Part shown: positions 10,274-18,457 of the stretch, in pieces
How positions within the stretch are numbered: position 1 is the first letter of the stretch
How the letters are laid out: every line of letters starts with the position of its first letter
Origin: Alphaproteobacteria bacterium
Lineage (GTDB): Bacteria; Pseudomonadota; Alphaproteobacteria; GCA-2731375
Reading direction: 5' to 3'
Length of the DNA stretch: 64,000 nt
Assembly: GCA_965232515.1 (NCBI GenBank)
Contig: CBDDPY010000002.1
Span: 384,001-448,000, forward strand
Notes under the pieces: model-generated
Seen by the model: the letters and a program-made list of their open reading frames with translations, nothing else
What the model was told of the DNA's origin: nothing
Databases searched by the model: none
Position numbers and translations under genes: made by a program

Positions 10274-12069
10274 CCTCCTTGTTGATCAATCGGCGCGACC
10301 TCGACTTCATGCTTTACGAGTTGCTCGACGTCGAGGCGCTGACGGCGCGCCCGCGTTTTGCCGAGCACGGCCGCGAGACCTTCGCCGCCGCGCTCGACAC
10401 CGCGCACGAGATCGCCGAGAAGCAGTTCGCGCCGCATAACGCCAGGGCGGATGCGAACGAGCCGACATTCGACGGCAAGACCGTCAGCCTGATCCCGGAA
10501 GTCGGTGAGGCCGTGCGCGCGTTTTCGTCGGCCGGCCTGATGGCGGCGCATCAGGACTTCGATCTCGGCGGCATGCAGTTGCCCTGGGTCGTGACGCAGG
10601 CCTGTATGGCCATGTTCCAGTCAGCCAATGTCTCGACGGCCGCCTATCCGTTCCTGACCATGGCCGCGGCCAACATGCTGCAGGCCCATGGCAGTCAGGA
10701 GCAGGTCGGCCTGTTCCTGCGGCCGATGCTGGAAGGCCGGTTCCTCGGCACCATGTGCCTGTCCGAGCCGCAGGCCGGCTCGTCGCTCGCCGACATCCGC
10801 ACCAAGGCGACCCCGACGGCCGAGGGACATTACTTGCTGTCCGGCAACAAGATGTGGATCTCGGGCGGCGACAACGAGCTGACCGAGAACATCGTGCACA
10901 TGGTGCTGGCGCGGATCGAGGGCGCTCCGCCCGGCGTCAAGGGCATCTCGTTGTTCATCGTGCCGAAGTTCCTGGTCGACGCCGACGGCGGCCTGGGCGC
11001 TCGCAACGATGTCCGTCTCGCCGGCCTGAACCACAAGATGGGTTATCGCGGCACGGTGAACACGGCGCTGAATTTCGGTGAGCAGGGCGATTGCGTCGGC
11101 TACCTGATGGGCGAACCCCATCAGGGCCTGGCGCAGATGTTCCACATGATGAACGAGGCCCGTATCGGCGTCGGCCTCGGCGCGGTGATGTTGGGCTATG
11201 CCGGCTATCTCTATTCGCTCGATTATGCCCGCAACCGGCCGCAGGGCCGGCCGCTGGCGGCTAAGGACCCGACGGCCGCGCCCATCCCGATCGTCGGGCA
11301 TACCGACGTGCGGCGCATGCTGCTGGCGCAGAAGGCCTATTGCGAGGGCGCGCTGGCGCTGTGTCTGACGGCGGCGCAAATGATCGACGATCAGCACACG
11401 GCGCCGGACCCGGAAACGCGGCGCCGCGCCGGTCTGCTGCTCGACGTGCTGACGCCGGTGGTCAAGGCCTGGCCGTCGGAATGGTGTCTGGAGGCCAACA
11501 AGCTGGCGATCCAGATCCTCGGCGGCTACGGCTATACCCGCGACTACCCTGTGGAGCAGCTCTACCGCGACAACCGGCTGAACATGATCCACGAGGGTAC
11601 GAACGGCATCCAGGCGCTCGACCTGCTGGGCCGGAAGGCCGGCATGGCGGGTGGCGAGGGGCTGACGCTGCTGCTCGAAGACATGCGGGCCTGCGCGGCC
11701 CAAGCGGCGGATGTCGATACGCTCGCCGAGTTTGCCGCGGCACTGTCGGCGGCCGCCGACCGGCTGCAAACGACGACGGCTACGCTGCTGGCGGCCGGCC
11801 GGGACGATCCCGAACGGTCGCTCGCCAACGCGCATGTCTATCTCGAGATGGCCGGAACAACGGTCATCGCCTGGATTTGGCTACGCCAGGCGCTGGTCGC
11901 CGCACGCCGTCGGGGCGATGCGCAGGCGGACGATGTTGCGTTCTACGCCGGCAAGATCCAGGCCTGCCGATACTTCTTCCGGTTCGAGCTGCCGAAGACC
12001 GAGGCGCAGGCCCGGCTGCTGTCGGAGCTCGACGACACGACGCTGGCCATGAAGGACGCCTGGTTCTGA
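10270..12069 (+). CDS. Acyl-CoA dehydrogenase
   Basis: ATGA overlap with the ligase; MCLSEPQAGSSL, GNKMWISGG, MMNEARIGVG, GGYGY, IHEGTNGIQ. Confidence 0.93.
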   Translation: MTSLLINRRDLDFMLYELLDVEALTARPRFAEHGRETFAAALDTAHEIAEKQFAPHNARADANEPTFDGKTVSLIPEVGEAVRAFSSAGLMAAHQDFDLGGMQLPWVVTQACMAMFQSANVSTAAYPFLTMAAANMLQAHGSQEQVGLFLRPMLEGRFLGTMCLSEPQAGSSLADIRTKATPTAEGHYLLSGNKMWISGGDNELTENIVHMVLARIEGAPPGVKGISLFIVPKFLVDADGGLGARNDVRLAGLNHKMGYRGTVNTALNFGEQGDCVGYLMGEPHQGLAQMFHMMNEARIGVGLGAVMLGYAGYLYSLDYARNRPQGRPLAAKDPTAAPIPIVGHTDVRRMLLAQKAYCEGALALCLTAAQMIDDQHTAPDPETRRRAGLLLDVLTPVVKAWPSEWCLEANKLAIQILGGYGYTRDYPVEQLYRDNRLNMIHEGTNGIQALDLLGRKAGMAGGEGLTLLLEDMRACAAQAADVDTLAEFAAALSAAADRLQTTTATLLAAGRDDPERSLANAHVYLEMAGTTVIAWIWLRQALVAARRRGDAQADDVAFYAGKIQACRYFFRFELPKTEAQARLLSELDDTTLAMKDAWF

Positions 12070-12848
12070 TGTACGAGACGCTGCTGATCGTCGATGTGGA
12101 CCATGTCCGCACGGTCACCATCAACCGGCCGAAGGCGCTGAACGCGCTCAATCGCAAGGTGTTCGAAGAGTTGACGGAGATCTTCGAACGGACCGCCGAG
12201 GACGCCGAAATCCGGGTCGTCGTGCTCAAGGGCACCGGCGGCCGGGCCTTCGTCGCCGGCGCCGATATCAAGGAGTTCAACGCCATGACGCCGGCCGAGG
12301 CCGAGGCCAAGTCGTGGCAGGGCATGCGCCTCTACGACCTGATGCGCCGCCTGCCGAAGCCGGTCGTGGCGTCGATCGACGGCTATGCGCTTGGCGGCGG
12401 CATGCTGCTGGCGATGGCCTGCGACGTCCGTGTCGCAGCCGAGACCGCGACGTTCGGCTATCCGGAAATCCGGCTCGGCATCTTTCCCGGCACCGGCGGC
12501 ACCGTCTTGCTGGACCGGCTGATCGGCCCGGCGGCCGCGCGCAGCATCTGTCTGCTGGGCGATCAGTTCCCGGCCGAGCGCGCCTATCAGCTTGGCTTGG
12601 TCAACCGGCTGGTGCCGGCGGGCGAGTTGGCTGCTGCCACGGACAAAGTGGCCGCGACACTCGCGAACTATAGTCCGATCGCAATTCGCGAGCTGAAGTC
12701 GGTCTTGAATGCATCGCTGGAGCGCGATTTCGAAGCTGCGCGGGTGGCCGAGGTGGCGGCATACGGCCGGTGCTTCGCCAGCGAAGACCGAAAGGAGGGG
12801 GTGCGGGCATTCATCGAGAAACGGGCGCCTCTCTTCACCGGGCGGTGA
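12069..12848 (+). CDS. Enoyl-CoA hydratase/isomerase
   Basis: INRPKALNAL, AFVAGADI, ALGGG, PEIRLGIFPG. Confidence 0.9.
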   Translation: MYETLLIVDVDHVRTVTINRPKALNALNRKVFEELTEIFERTAEDAEIRVVVLKGTGGRAFVAGADIKEFNAMTPAEAEAKSWQGMRLYDLMRRLPKPVVASIDGYALGGGMLLAMACDVRVAAETATFGYPEIRLGIFPGTGGTVLLDRLIGPAAARSICLLGDQFPAERAYQLGLVNRLVPAGELAAATDKVAATLANYSPIAIRELKSVLNASLERDFEAARVAEVAAYGRCFASEDRKEGVRAFIEKRAPLFTGR

Positions 12849-12906
12849 TAATTTCTGTCGACATGGCTATCCGACGGCCAATATGCGAACATCCTGATGC
12901 TCTGAT

Positions 12907-15900
12907 TTGGGCTTGAGACAGGTCGTCATCTTGCGGGGCAACGAATCTCTGTCACTGACCTGGCGGGTGCTGATCGGCATTGTTGCGGTCGCGACCCTGA
13001 GCGCATTGGTGGGGTTGGGGTTAATCCAACTCACCGGCCTCGAAGAAATCTACGCTCAACAACGGCCGTTCGGCGCCTTGCTCTGGGCGGCCGCCGCCTG
13101 CGCGATGGCCGTGACGATGATGATGATCGTCTGGTTGAGCGTCGTCCGGCCACTGCGGGTTCTGCGGCGGCGGCTGAACGACTTGGCCAACGGCCGGTTT
13201 GAGGACGATGCGGCGCTGCCGGCAATGGCGTCGGCCGAGCTTGTCGCGCTGAAGTCCGATCTGGAACGCGTCGGCCAGACATTGGCGGTACAGGCCGAGC
13301 GGGATGACGAGCGGCGGTTCCACGACCGGTACATGCGGCTCATTGCCCAGGACGTGCCGGCACTCGTGGCCTATGTCGACCGGGACCTGATTTTCAGATT
13401 TGCCAATCGCGGTTATGCCGAGCTGATGGGGACGACGACGGAGGAAATCGTCGGCAAGTCGCTGAAGGAAACGGCCTGTGAGTCGGCCTACGAGGCACTG
13501 AAGGCGCGGGCCGAGATCGCCCTGAGCGGGCAGTCGATCCAGTTCGAGCGCCAGGTTACCTATCCCGACGGGCGGGATATGTGGGCGCGCATGAACTATC
13601 GGCCGGACTTCGATGAAAATGGCGAGGTCGTCGGCTATATCTCGATGATCGTCGACATCGACGAGCACAAACTGGCCGAGGCCGAGCTCAAGCTGAGCGA
13701 GCAGCGTCTGCGCGACTTCGCCGAAGCGGCATCCGACTGGTTCTGGGAGATGGGGCCGGATCTGCGCTTCACCTATATGTCGGAGCAGGTCGAGCGCATC
13801 ACCGGCGTCCCGGTTGGCTTTCATCTCGGCAAGACCCGCGAGGAGCTCGCGACCGGCATCGATGACCAGGCCAATTGGGCTCGACACCAGAAGGTCCTTG
13901 AGGAACGCAAGCCGTTTCGAAACTTCGCCTACTGGCGTCATACCCATGATGGCCGAACCCTGCATGTGACATCGAGCGGCAAGCCGGTCTTTGATCCCGA
14001 CGGCACCTTTCTCGGTTATCGTGGAGTCGGCGCCGACTTGACCAAGGTTGTCGAGGCGGAGCATCGGGCCGAGTTGGCGCAGCAGCGGCTGGTGGATGCG
14101 GTCGAGGCGTTGTCGCAGGGCTTCGTGTTGTTCGACAGCGATGACCGGGTGGTGATGTGCAACCGCCGCTTTCTCGAATTCTTCGACCTGGGCGAAGACG
14201 TCGTCGACGAGCATTGGCGTTTCATCGACATCTGCCGCTACAAGCTGCGCAAGGGCTCTTATCCCGAGGCGGAAGGCCGGGAAGAGGAATGGCTGGCGGA
14301 GCGGTTGGAAAAGCACCGCGGCGCCCACGCTCCGTTCGAATTGCGGTTGGTGACGGGCGAATGGCTACAGATCAGTGAACGACGCACCAGCGACGGTGGC
14401 CTGGTGATCGTGTATTCCGATATCTCGGCGCTGAAGGCGGCCGAGGTGAGCCAGCGCGACGCGCGCGCTCAGGCGGAAGCGGCCAACAAGGCCAAGTCGG
14501 ACTTCCTCGCCAACATGAGCCATGAGATCCGGACACCCATGAATGCGGTCCTGGGCATGTTGGGCATGGTTGCAGACAGCGGCCTTAACTCGGCGCAGCG
14601 CTCTTACGTACAGGTCGCCCGTGATTCGGCCGAGATGCTGCTCGACATGCTGAACGATCTGCTCGACCTCTCGAAGCTCGAGGCCGGAAAGCTCGACCTC
14701 CAGAATGCGGCGTTCGACCTGACATCCGTCGTCGAGGACGCCGTGCAGCTGATGGCGCCGAGAGCCGAGGCCAAAGGCCTTCAACTAGCCACTTATTTCG
14801 ATCCGACGCTGATAGCCGAGCTCGTGGGAGACGGCGCTCGTCTGCGGCAGATCATCCTCAATCTGGTCGGCAACGCCATCAAATTCACCGACGAGGGCGG
14901 CGTATCGATCGCGGTCAGGGCCGCCATGGTCGGCGAAAGATCAGCCGGTCTGCGCATCGAGGTCGCCGACACCGGCATCGGCATCGCCGTGGCCGGCAGC
15001 GAGCCTGGCGTCGTCTTCGAACGCTTTAGCCAGCTCGACACCGAGGCGAACCGCAGTCGGGGAGGAACCGGGCTCGGTTTGGCGATCTGCCGGCATCTTG
15101 TCGAGGCCATGGGCGGCCGGATCGGCTACCGCGGCAACGGCGACGGCGGCTGCACGTTCTGGTTCGAGCTGGGTCTCGGGAAACAGCCCGGCGCGGCCGC
15201 CGGGCGGCCCTATCCGGGGGGCCGGATCCGGGCGCTCGTCTACGAGACCAACGATGTCGTGCGCGCGACGGTCCGCCGGCAGCTCGAGGCCTGGGGCACC
15301 GAGGTCACGTCCTGCGATCGGATCCAGGCGCTTCTGGAGCAGGCGATGACGGCCGCCGGCCCGGCGCCGTTCAACCTTGTTCTGCTGGATCAGGGGGCAT
15401 TGCGTCAGGGACCGCCCAAGCTGCTCGACTGGCTGGGGGCGGGTCGTTGCACGGCCGGCGCCGTGATCGTGTTGTTGAGCCGACCCGGCCACGGTGGGAT
15501 TGGTCAATCCGACGAGACGGAAGATGCGGCCTTGCGCCTGACGAAACCTCTGCGGCAGGCGGACTTGCGCCTATGCCTGGCGCTCGCGCGTGGCGAGAGC
15601 GTGCCGTCGGCTGCGACGCCTGACCATCGACGCGGTGGCGGCGATGCCGCGTCTGCCGGATTGGCCCGGGTTCTGCTGGTCGAGGACAGCCCCACCAATC
15701 AGCTTGTCGGACGTCTGATGCTCGAGGGCGACCGGTTCGAGGTCGATGTCGCCGCCAATGGCGAGGAAGCCGTTCATCGGGTGCAGGCCACGGCGTATGA
15801 CGTCGTGCTGATGGATGTCGCTATGCCGGTCATGGACGGCCTGACCGCAACCAGGCTGATCCGGCAGCTTGGCGGCGATTTTGCCGAATTGCCGATCATT

Positions 15901-16473
15901 GCAATGACCGCAAACGTCATGTCAGGCGACCGGGAGCGCTGCTTTGCCGCCGGTATGACCGATTACATCACCAAGCCGGTCGAACGGGTCGAAATCCTGG
16001 CCGCGATCGGCCGCTGCCTCGATGGTCGGGCGGCGGTGGCCAGGCCGGCCGTGGTGCAGGCATCGTTGCCGGCGGGTGATCTGCTCGATCTCGACATGCT
16101 GCGGCAACTGGGCGCCGACACCGGACTGGATGTGGTGCCCGACCTGATTGCCAGGTTTGCCGACGAAGTGCGCGAGCGGGCCGACCGCATTGCCGCCGCC
16201 GCCGCGGCGGAAGACGGCGAACAGCTGGCGCATGAAGCGCATGCCCTGAAGAGCGGTTCCCGCACCTTCGGCGCGCTGGCGCTGTTCGAGCGCGCCAAGG
16301 CGATCGAATGGGACTGCCGTGACGGCCGTACCTCACGGGCGATCGGCCATTGCGAAGGGCTTCTCGAGCTGGTCGACGCGACGCTTTCGGCGCTCTCCGC
16401 CGTGCCTCGGGAGGCGTTGCGCGCGCCTGCGCCCGCCGACGGCGGCCAGACGGTCAATACTCCTCCGCCTTGA
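12907..16473 (+). CDS. Hybrid sensor histidine kinase (TM-HAMP-3xPAS-HisKA-HATPase-REC-HPt)
   Basis: FLANMSHEIRTPMN H-box, NLVGNAIKFT, GGTGLGL, LMDVAMPVMDG receiver, AHALKSGS HPt. Start uncertain. Confidence 0.92.
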   Translation: MGLRQVVILRGNESLSLTWRVLIGIVAVATLSALVGLGLIQLTGLEEIYAQQRPFGALLWAAAACAMAVTMMMIVWLSVVRPLRVLRRRLNDLANGRFEDDAALPAMASAELVALKSDLERVGQTLAVQAERDDERRFHDRYMRLIAQDVPALVAYVDRDLIFRFANRGYAELMGTTTEEIVGKSLKETACESAYEALKARAEIALSGQSIQFERQVTYPDGRDMWARMNYRPDFDENGEVVGYISMIVDIDEHKLAEAELKLSEQRLRDFAEAASDWFWEMGPDLRFTYMSEQVERITGVPVGFHLGKTREELATGIDDQANWARHQKVLEERKPFRNFAYWRHTHDGRTLHVTSSGKPVFDPDGTFLGYRGVGADLTKVVEAEHRAELAQQRLVDAVEALSQGFVLFDSDDRVVMCNRRFLEFFDLGEDVVDEHWRFIDICRYKLRKGSYPEAEGREEEWLAERLEKHRGAHAPFELRLVTGEWLQISERRTSDGGLVIVYSDISALKAAEVSQRDARAQAEAANKAKSDFLANMSHEIRTPMNAVLGMLGMVADSGLNSAQRSYVQVARDSAEMLLDMLNDLLDLSKLEAGKLDLQNAAFDLTSVVEDAVQLMAPRAEAKGLQLATYFDPTLIAELVGDGARLRQIILNLVGNAIKFTDEGGVSIAVRAAMVGERSAGLRIEVADTGIGIAVAGSEPGVVFERFSQLDTEANRSRGGTGLGLAICRHLVEAMGGRIGYRGNGDGGCTFWFELGLGKQPGAAAGRPYPGGRIRALVYETNDVVRATVRRQLEAWGTEVTSCDRIQALLEQAMTAAGPAPFNLVLLDQGALRQGPPKLLDWLGAGRCTAGAVIVLLSRPGHGGIGQSDETEDAALRLTKPLRQADLRLCLALARGESVPSAATPDHRRGGGDAASAGLARVLLVEDSPTNQLVGRLMLEGDRFEVDVAANGEEAVHRVQATAYDVVLMDVAMPVMDGLTATRLIRQLGGDFAELPIIAMTANVMSGDRERCFAAGMTDYITKPVERVEILAAIGRCLDGRAAVARPAVVQASLPAGDLLDLDMLRQLGADTGLDVVPDLIARFADEVRERADRIAAAAAAEDGEQLAHEAHALKSGSRTFGALALFERAKAIEWDCRDGRTSRAIGHCEGLLELVDATLSALSAVPREALRAPAPADGGQTVNTPPP

Positions 16474-17950
16474 TGGGCGAGGCCGCGGCATCGCCGTCGT
16501 TCTCCGCCCAGGCCTGGCGCTTGCGATAGATCGTCGAAGGGCTGACCTCGAGCAGGGCCGCGGCGCGGGGGATGTTGCCGCCGCAATGCCTGATGGCGGC
16601 CTCGATCGTGTCTCTCTCGATCTGCCAAAGCGGCCGGACCGGGGGCAGGGGCGTCTGCTCGGCTTCCGCCAGTCCGCTCGCTTGGAGCGGTTCCTCGGCC
16701 GTATCGGCGACGTCGGGCGCCGCCAGGATCGGGTCTTCGGGTGGCGTCAAGCCGTCGCTGCGCAACGGTGGCGGCAGCATCTCGCTGCCGACGATCTCGC
16801 CGTCGTTCAGGACCACGACGTTGCGTACGATGTTCTGCAATTGGCGGACGTTGCCGGGCCAGTCGTAGGTCTGCAGCTTGGCTTCCGCTTCGCCCGTGAA
16901 GGTGCGGAACCGGCGGCCTTCCTCGCCGGCATAGGCCGCCAGAAACGCGCGGGCGATTTCCAGCACGTCGTTGCCGCGCTCACGCAGCGGCGGCATGTAG
17001 ATCGGGATTACATGCAGTCGGTAATAGAGGTCTTCCCGGAACTCGCCGGCTTCGACGGCCTTCAGCGGGTCGCGATTGGTGGCGCAGATGAAGCGGACGT
17101 CGACCTTCTCGGTCTTGTTGCCGCCGACCTTCAGGAAACTGCCGGTCTGGATAAAGCGCAGCAGCTTGCTCTGCAGGTTGATGTCCATATCGCAGATCTC
17201 ATCGAGGAACAGCGTGCCGCCGTCGGCCCGCGCGGCCGCGCCCTCACGGTCCTCGAGTGCGCCGGTGAAGGCGCCCTTCACATGGCCGAAGATCTCGCTC
17301 TCGATCAGATCCTTCGGAATGGCGGCGCAGTTGATGGCGACGAATGGCGCGTTCTTGCGCGGGCTGCGCTCGTGCACGGCCTCGGCGCAGATTTCCTTGC
17401 CGGTGCCGCTTTCGCCGGTGATGAACACGGTCGCGCGGCTGCTGGCGGCGCCGTCGATGATCCGGTAGACGGCCTGCATGGCCAGCGACGAACCGATGAA
17501 GCCGCCATATTGCCGGCGGACGATGTCCTCCTCGTAGGTTTCGACGATGCGGGTCAGCCGTTGCCGCTCCAGCGCGTTGCGCAGCGTGAAGACCAGGCGC
17601 TCGGCGTTGAACGGCTTGACCAGGAAGTCGAACGCGCCGCCGCGCATGGCGTCGACGGCGACGTTGATCGAGCCATGCGCCGTAATCACCACGACCGCCG
17701 TCGACAGCCCGTTGTCCCGCACATGGCGCAGGATCTCCATGCCGTCCATGTCCGGCAGTTTCAGGTCCAACAGCACGACCGGCGGCGCCTTTTCGTGCAG
17801 TGCCGTCAAGGCGTCCCTGCCGGTATCGGCGTGCACCACGTCGAACGGCTCGTCGCGAAGGTATTCCAGATAGACCCGGGCCAGAGAAGGGCTGTCTTCG
17901 ACCAGCAAGACCGTGGTCCGGGCACCGCTATCGGCGGCGACCTCCGACAT
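16454..17950 (-). CDS. luxO: Sigma54-dependent response regulator, LuxO-like (REC-AAA+-Fis HTH)
   Basis: LLDLKLPDM receiver; GFIGSS..MQAVYRIID; GESGTGKE; CAAIPKDLIESEIFGHVKGAFTGA; GNIPRAAALLEVSPSTIYRK. Closely resembles Vibrio LuxO as I recall it; orthology not proven. Confidence 0.85.
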   Translation of the reverse strand: MSEVAADSGARTTVLLVEDSPSLARVYLEYLRDEPFDVVHADTGRDALTALHEKAPPVVLLDLKLPDMDGMEILRHVRDNGLSTAVVVITAHGSINVAVDAMRGGAFDFLVKPFNAERLVFTLRNALERQRLTRIVETYEEDIVRRQYGGFIGSSLAMQAVYRIIDGAASSRATVFITGESGTGKEICAEAVHERSPRKNAPFVAINCAAIPKDLIESEIFGHVKGAFTGALEDREGAAARADGGTLFLDEICDMDINLQSKLLRFIQTGSFLKVGGNKTEKVDVRFICATNRDPLKAVEAGEFREDLYYRLHVIPIYMPPLRERGNDVLEIARAFLAAYAGEEGRRFRTFTGEAEAKLQTYDWPGNVRQLQNIVRNVVVLNDGEIVGSEMLPPPLRSDGLTPPEDPILAAPDVADTAEEPLQASGLAEAEQTPLPPVRPLWQIERDTIEAAIRHCGGNIPRAAALLEVSPSTIYRKRQAWAENDGDAAASPIKAEEY

Positions 17951-18305
17951 ATTTCGGTCGGCTATCTCGTTGCTTGATTGCTCGGCGTTCGGTGGCACGA
18001 TTCCTCCCGTCGGCGATGCGTCAAGTTAACATAGGTACGACGTTCGCGTCGTCGATTGGGAATCCGCTTATATGCGAATCTGTCGGCGCACAATCAACCC
18101 CTTGTACAACCGAATTTGTCGTCCGATCGGTCGGACGATTTGCCACCGGCCCTGAGACCGCAACAGACGAAAGCGCCGCTCGCCGATGATCGCCGTCGCG
18201 CCCAAACCTGCGCCGTTCCTGGCTCAACGGCGAATTGCCGGCCCGCGTTGCGGCCTTCTGGCCCGCCGCACGATGGCCGGATGGCCTCGTACAACCGGCC
18301 CGATG

Positions 18306-18334
18306 TTGACAGGCCAAAGGCAAGTTCCTAGCCT
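18306..18334 (+). promoter_or_regulatory. Sigma70-type promoter candidate for the cytochrome operon
   Basis: TTGACA-17 bp-TAGCCT, about 125 bp upstream of the first gene. Confidence 0.45.
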
Positions 18335-18457
18335 CGATCAAGGTGTTGGGGCGTCTACTGACAGGTGGGGCTCTTCCAACAGTGTTCGGCGATCCGCGGG
18401 CAAACCGACGGGATCGTGTTTCCGGCCTGCGGGTCGGGATCTGTAAGGAGGGGGGAG

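Noticed and set aside
9544-12848. Apparent long N-terminal extensions or fusions in the ORF track (9544, 11340; also 3951, 37303, 45701, 47968, 52692)
   Set aside because: The extensions are Arg/Pro-rich out-of-frame overlaps with the upstream gene; real starts are internal ATGs, mostly coupled to the previous stop.
17993-18007. Sigma54 promoter candidate TGGCACG divergent from the luxO-like gene (where qrr1 would lie in Vibrio)
   Set aside because: The -24 box is perfect but the -12 position reads CC instead of the near-invariant GC, and I saw no terminator defining an sRNA.
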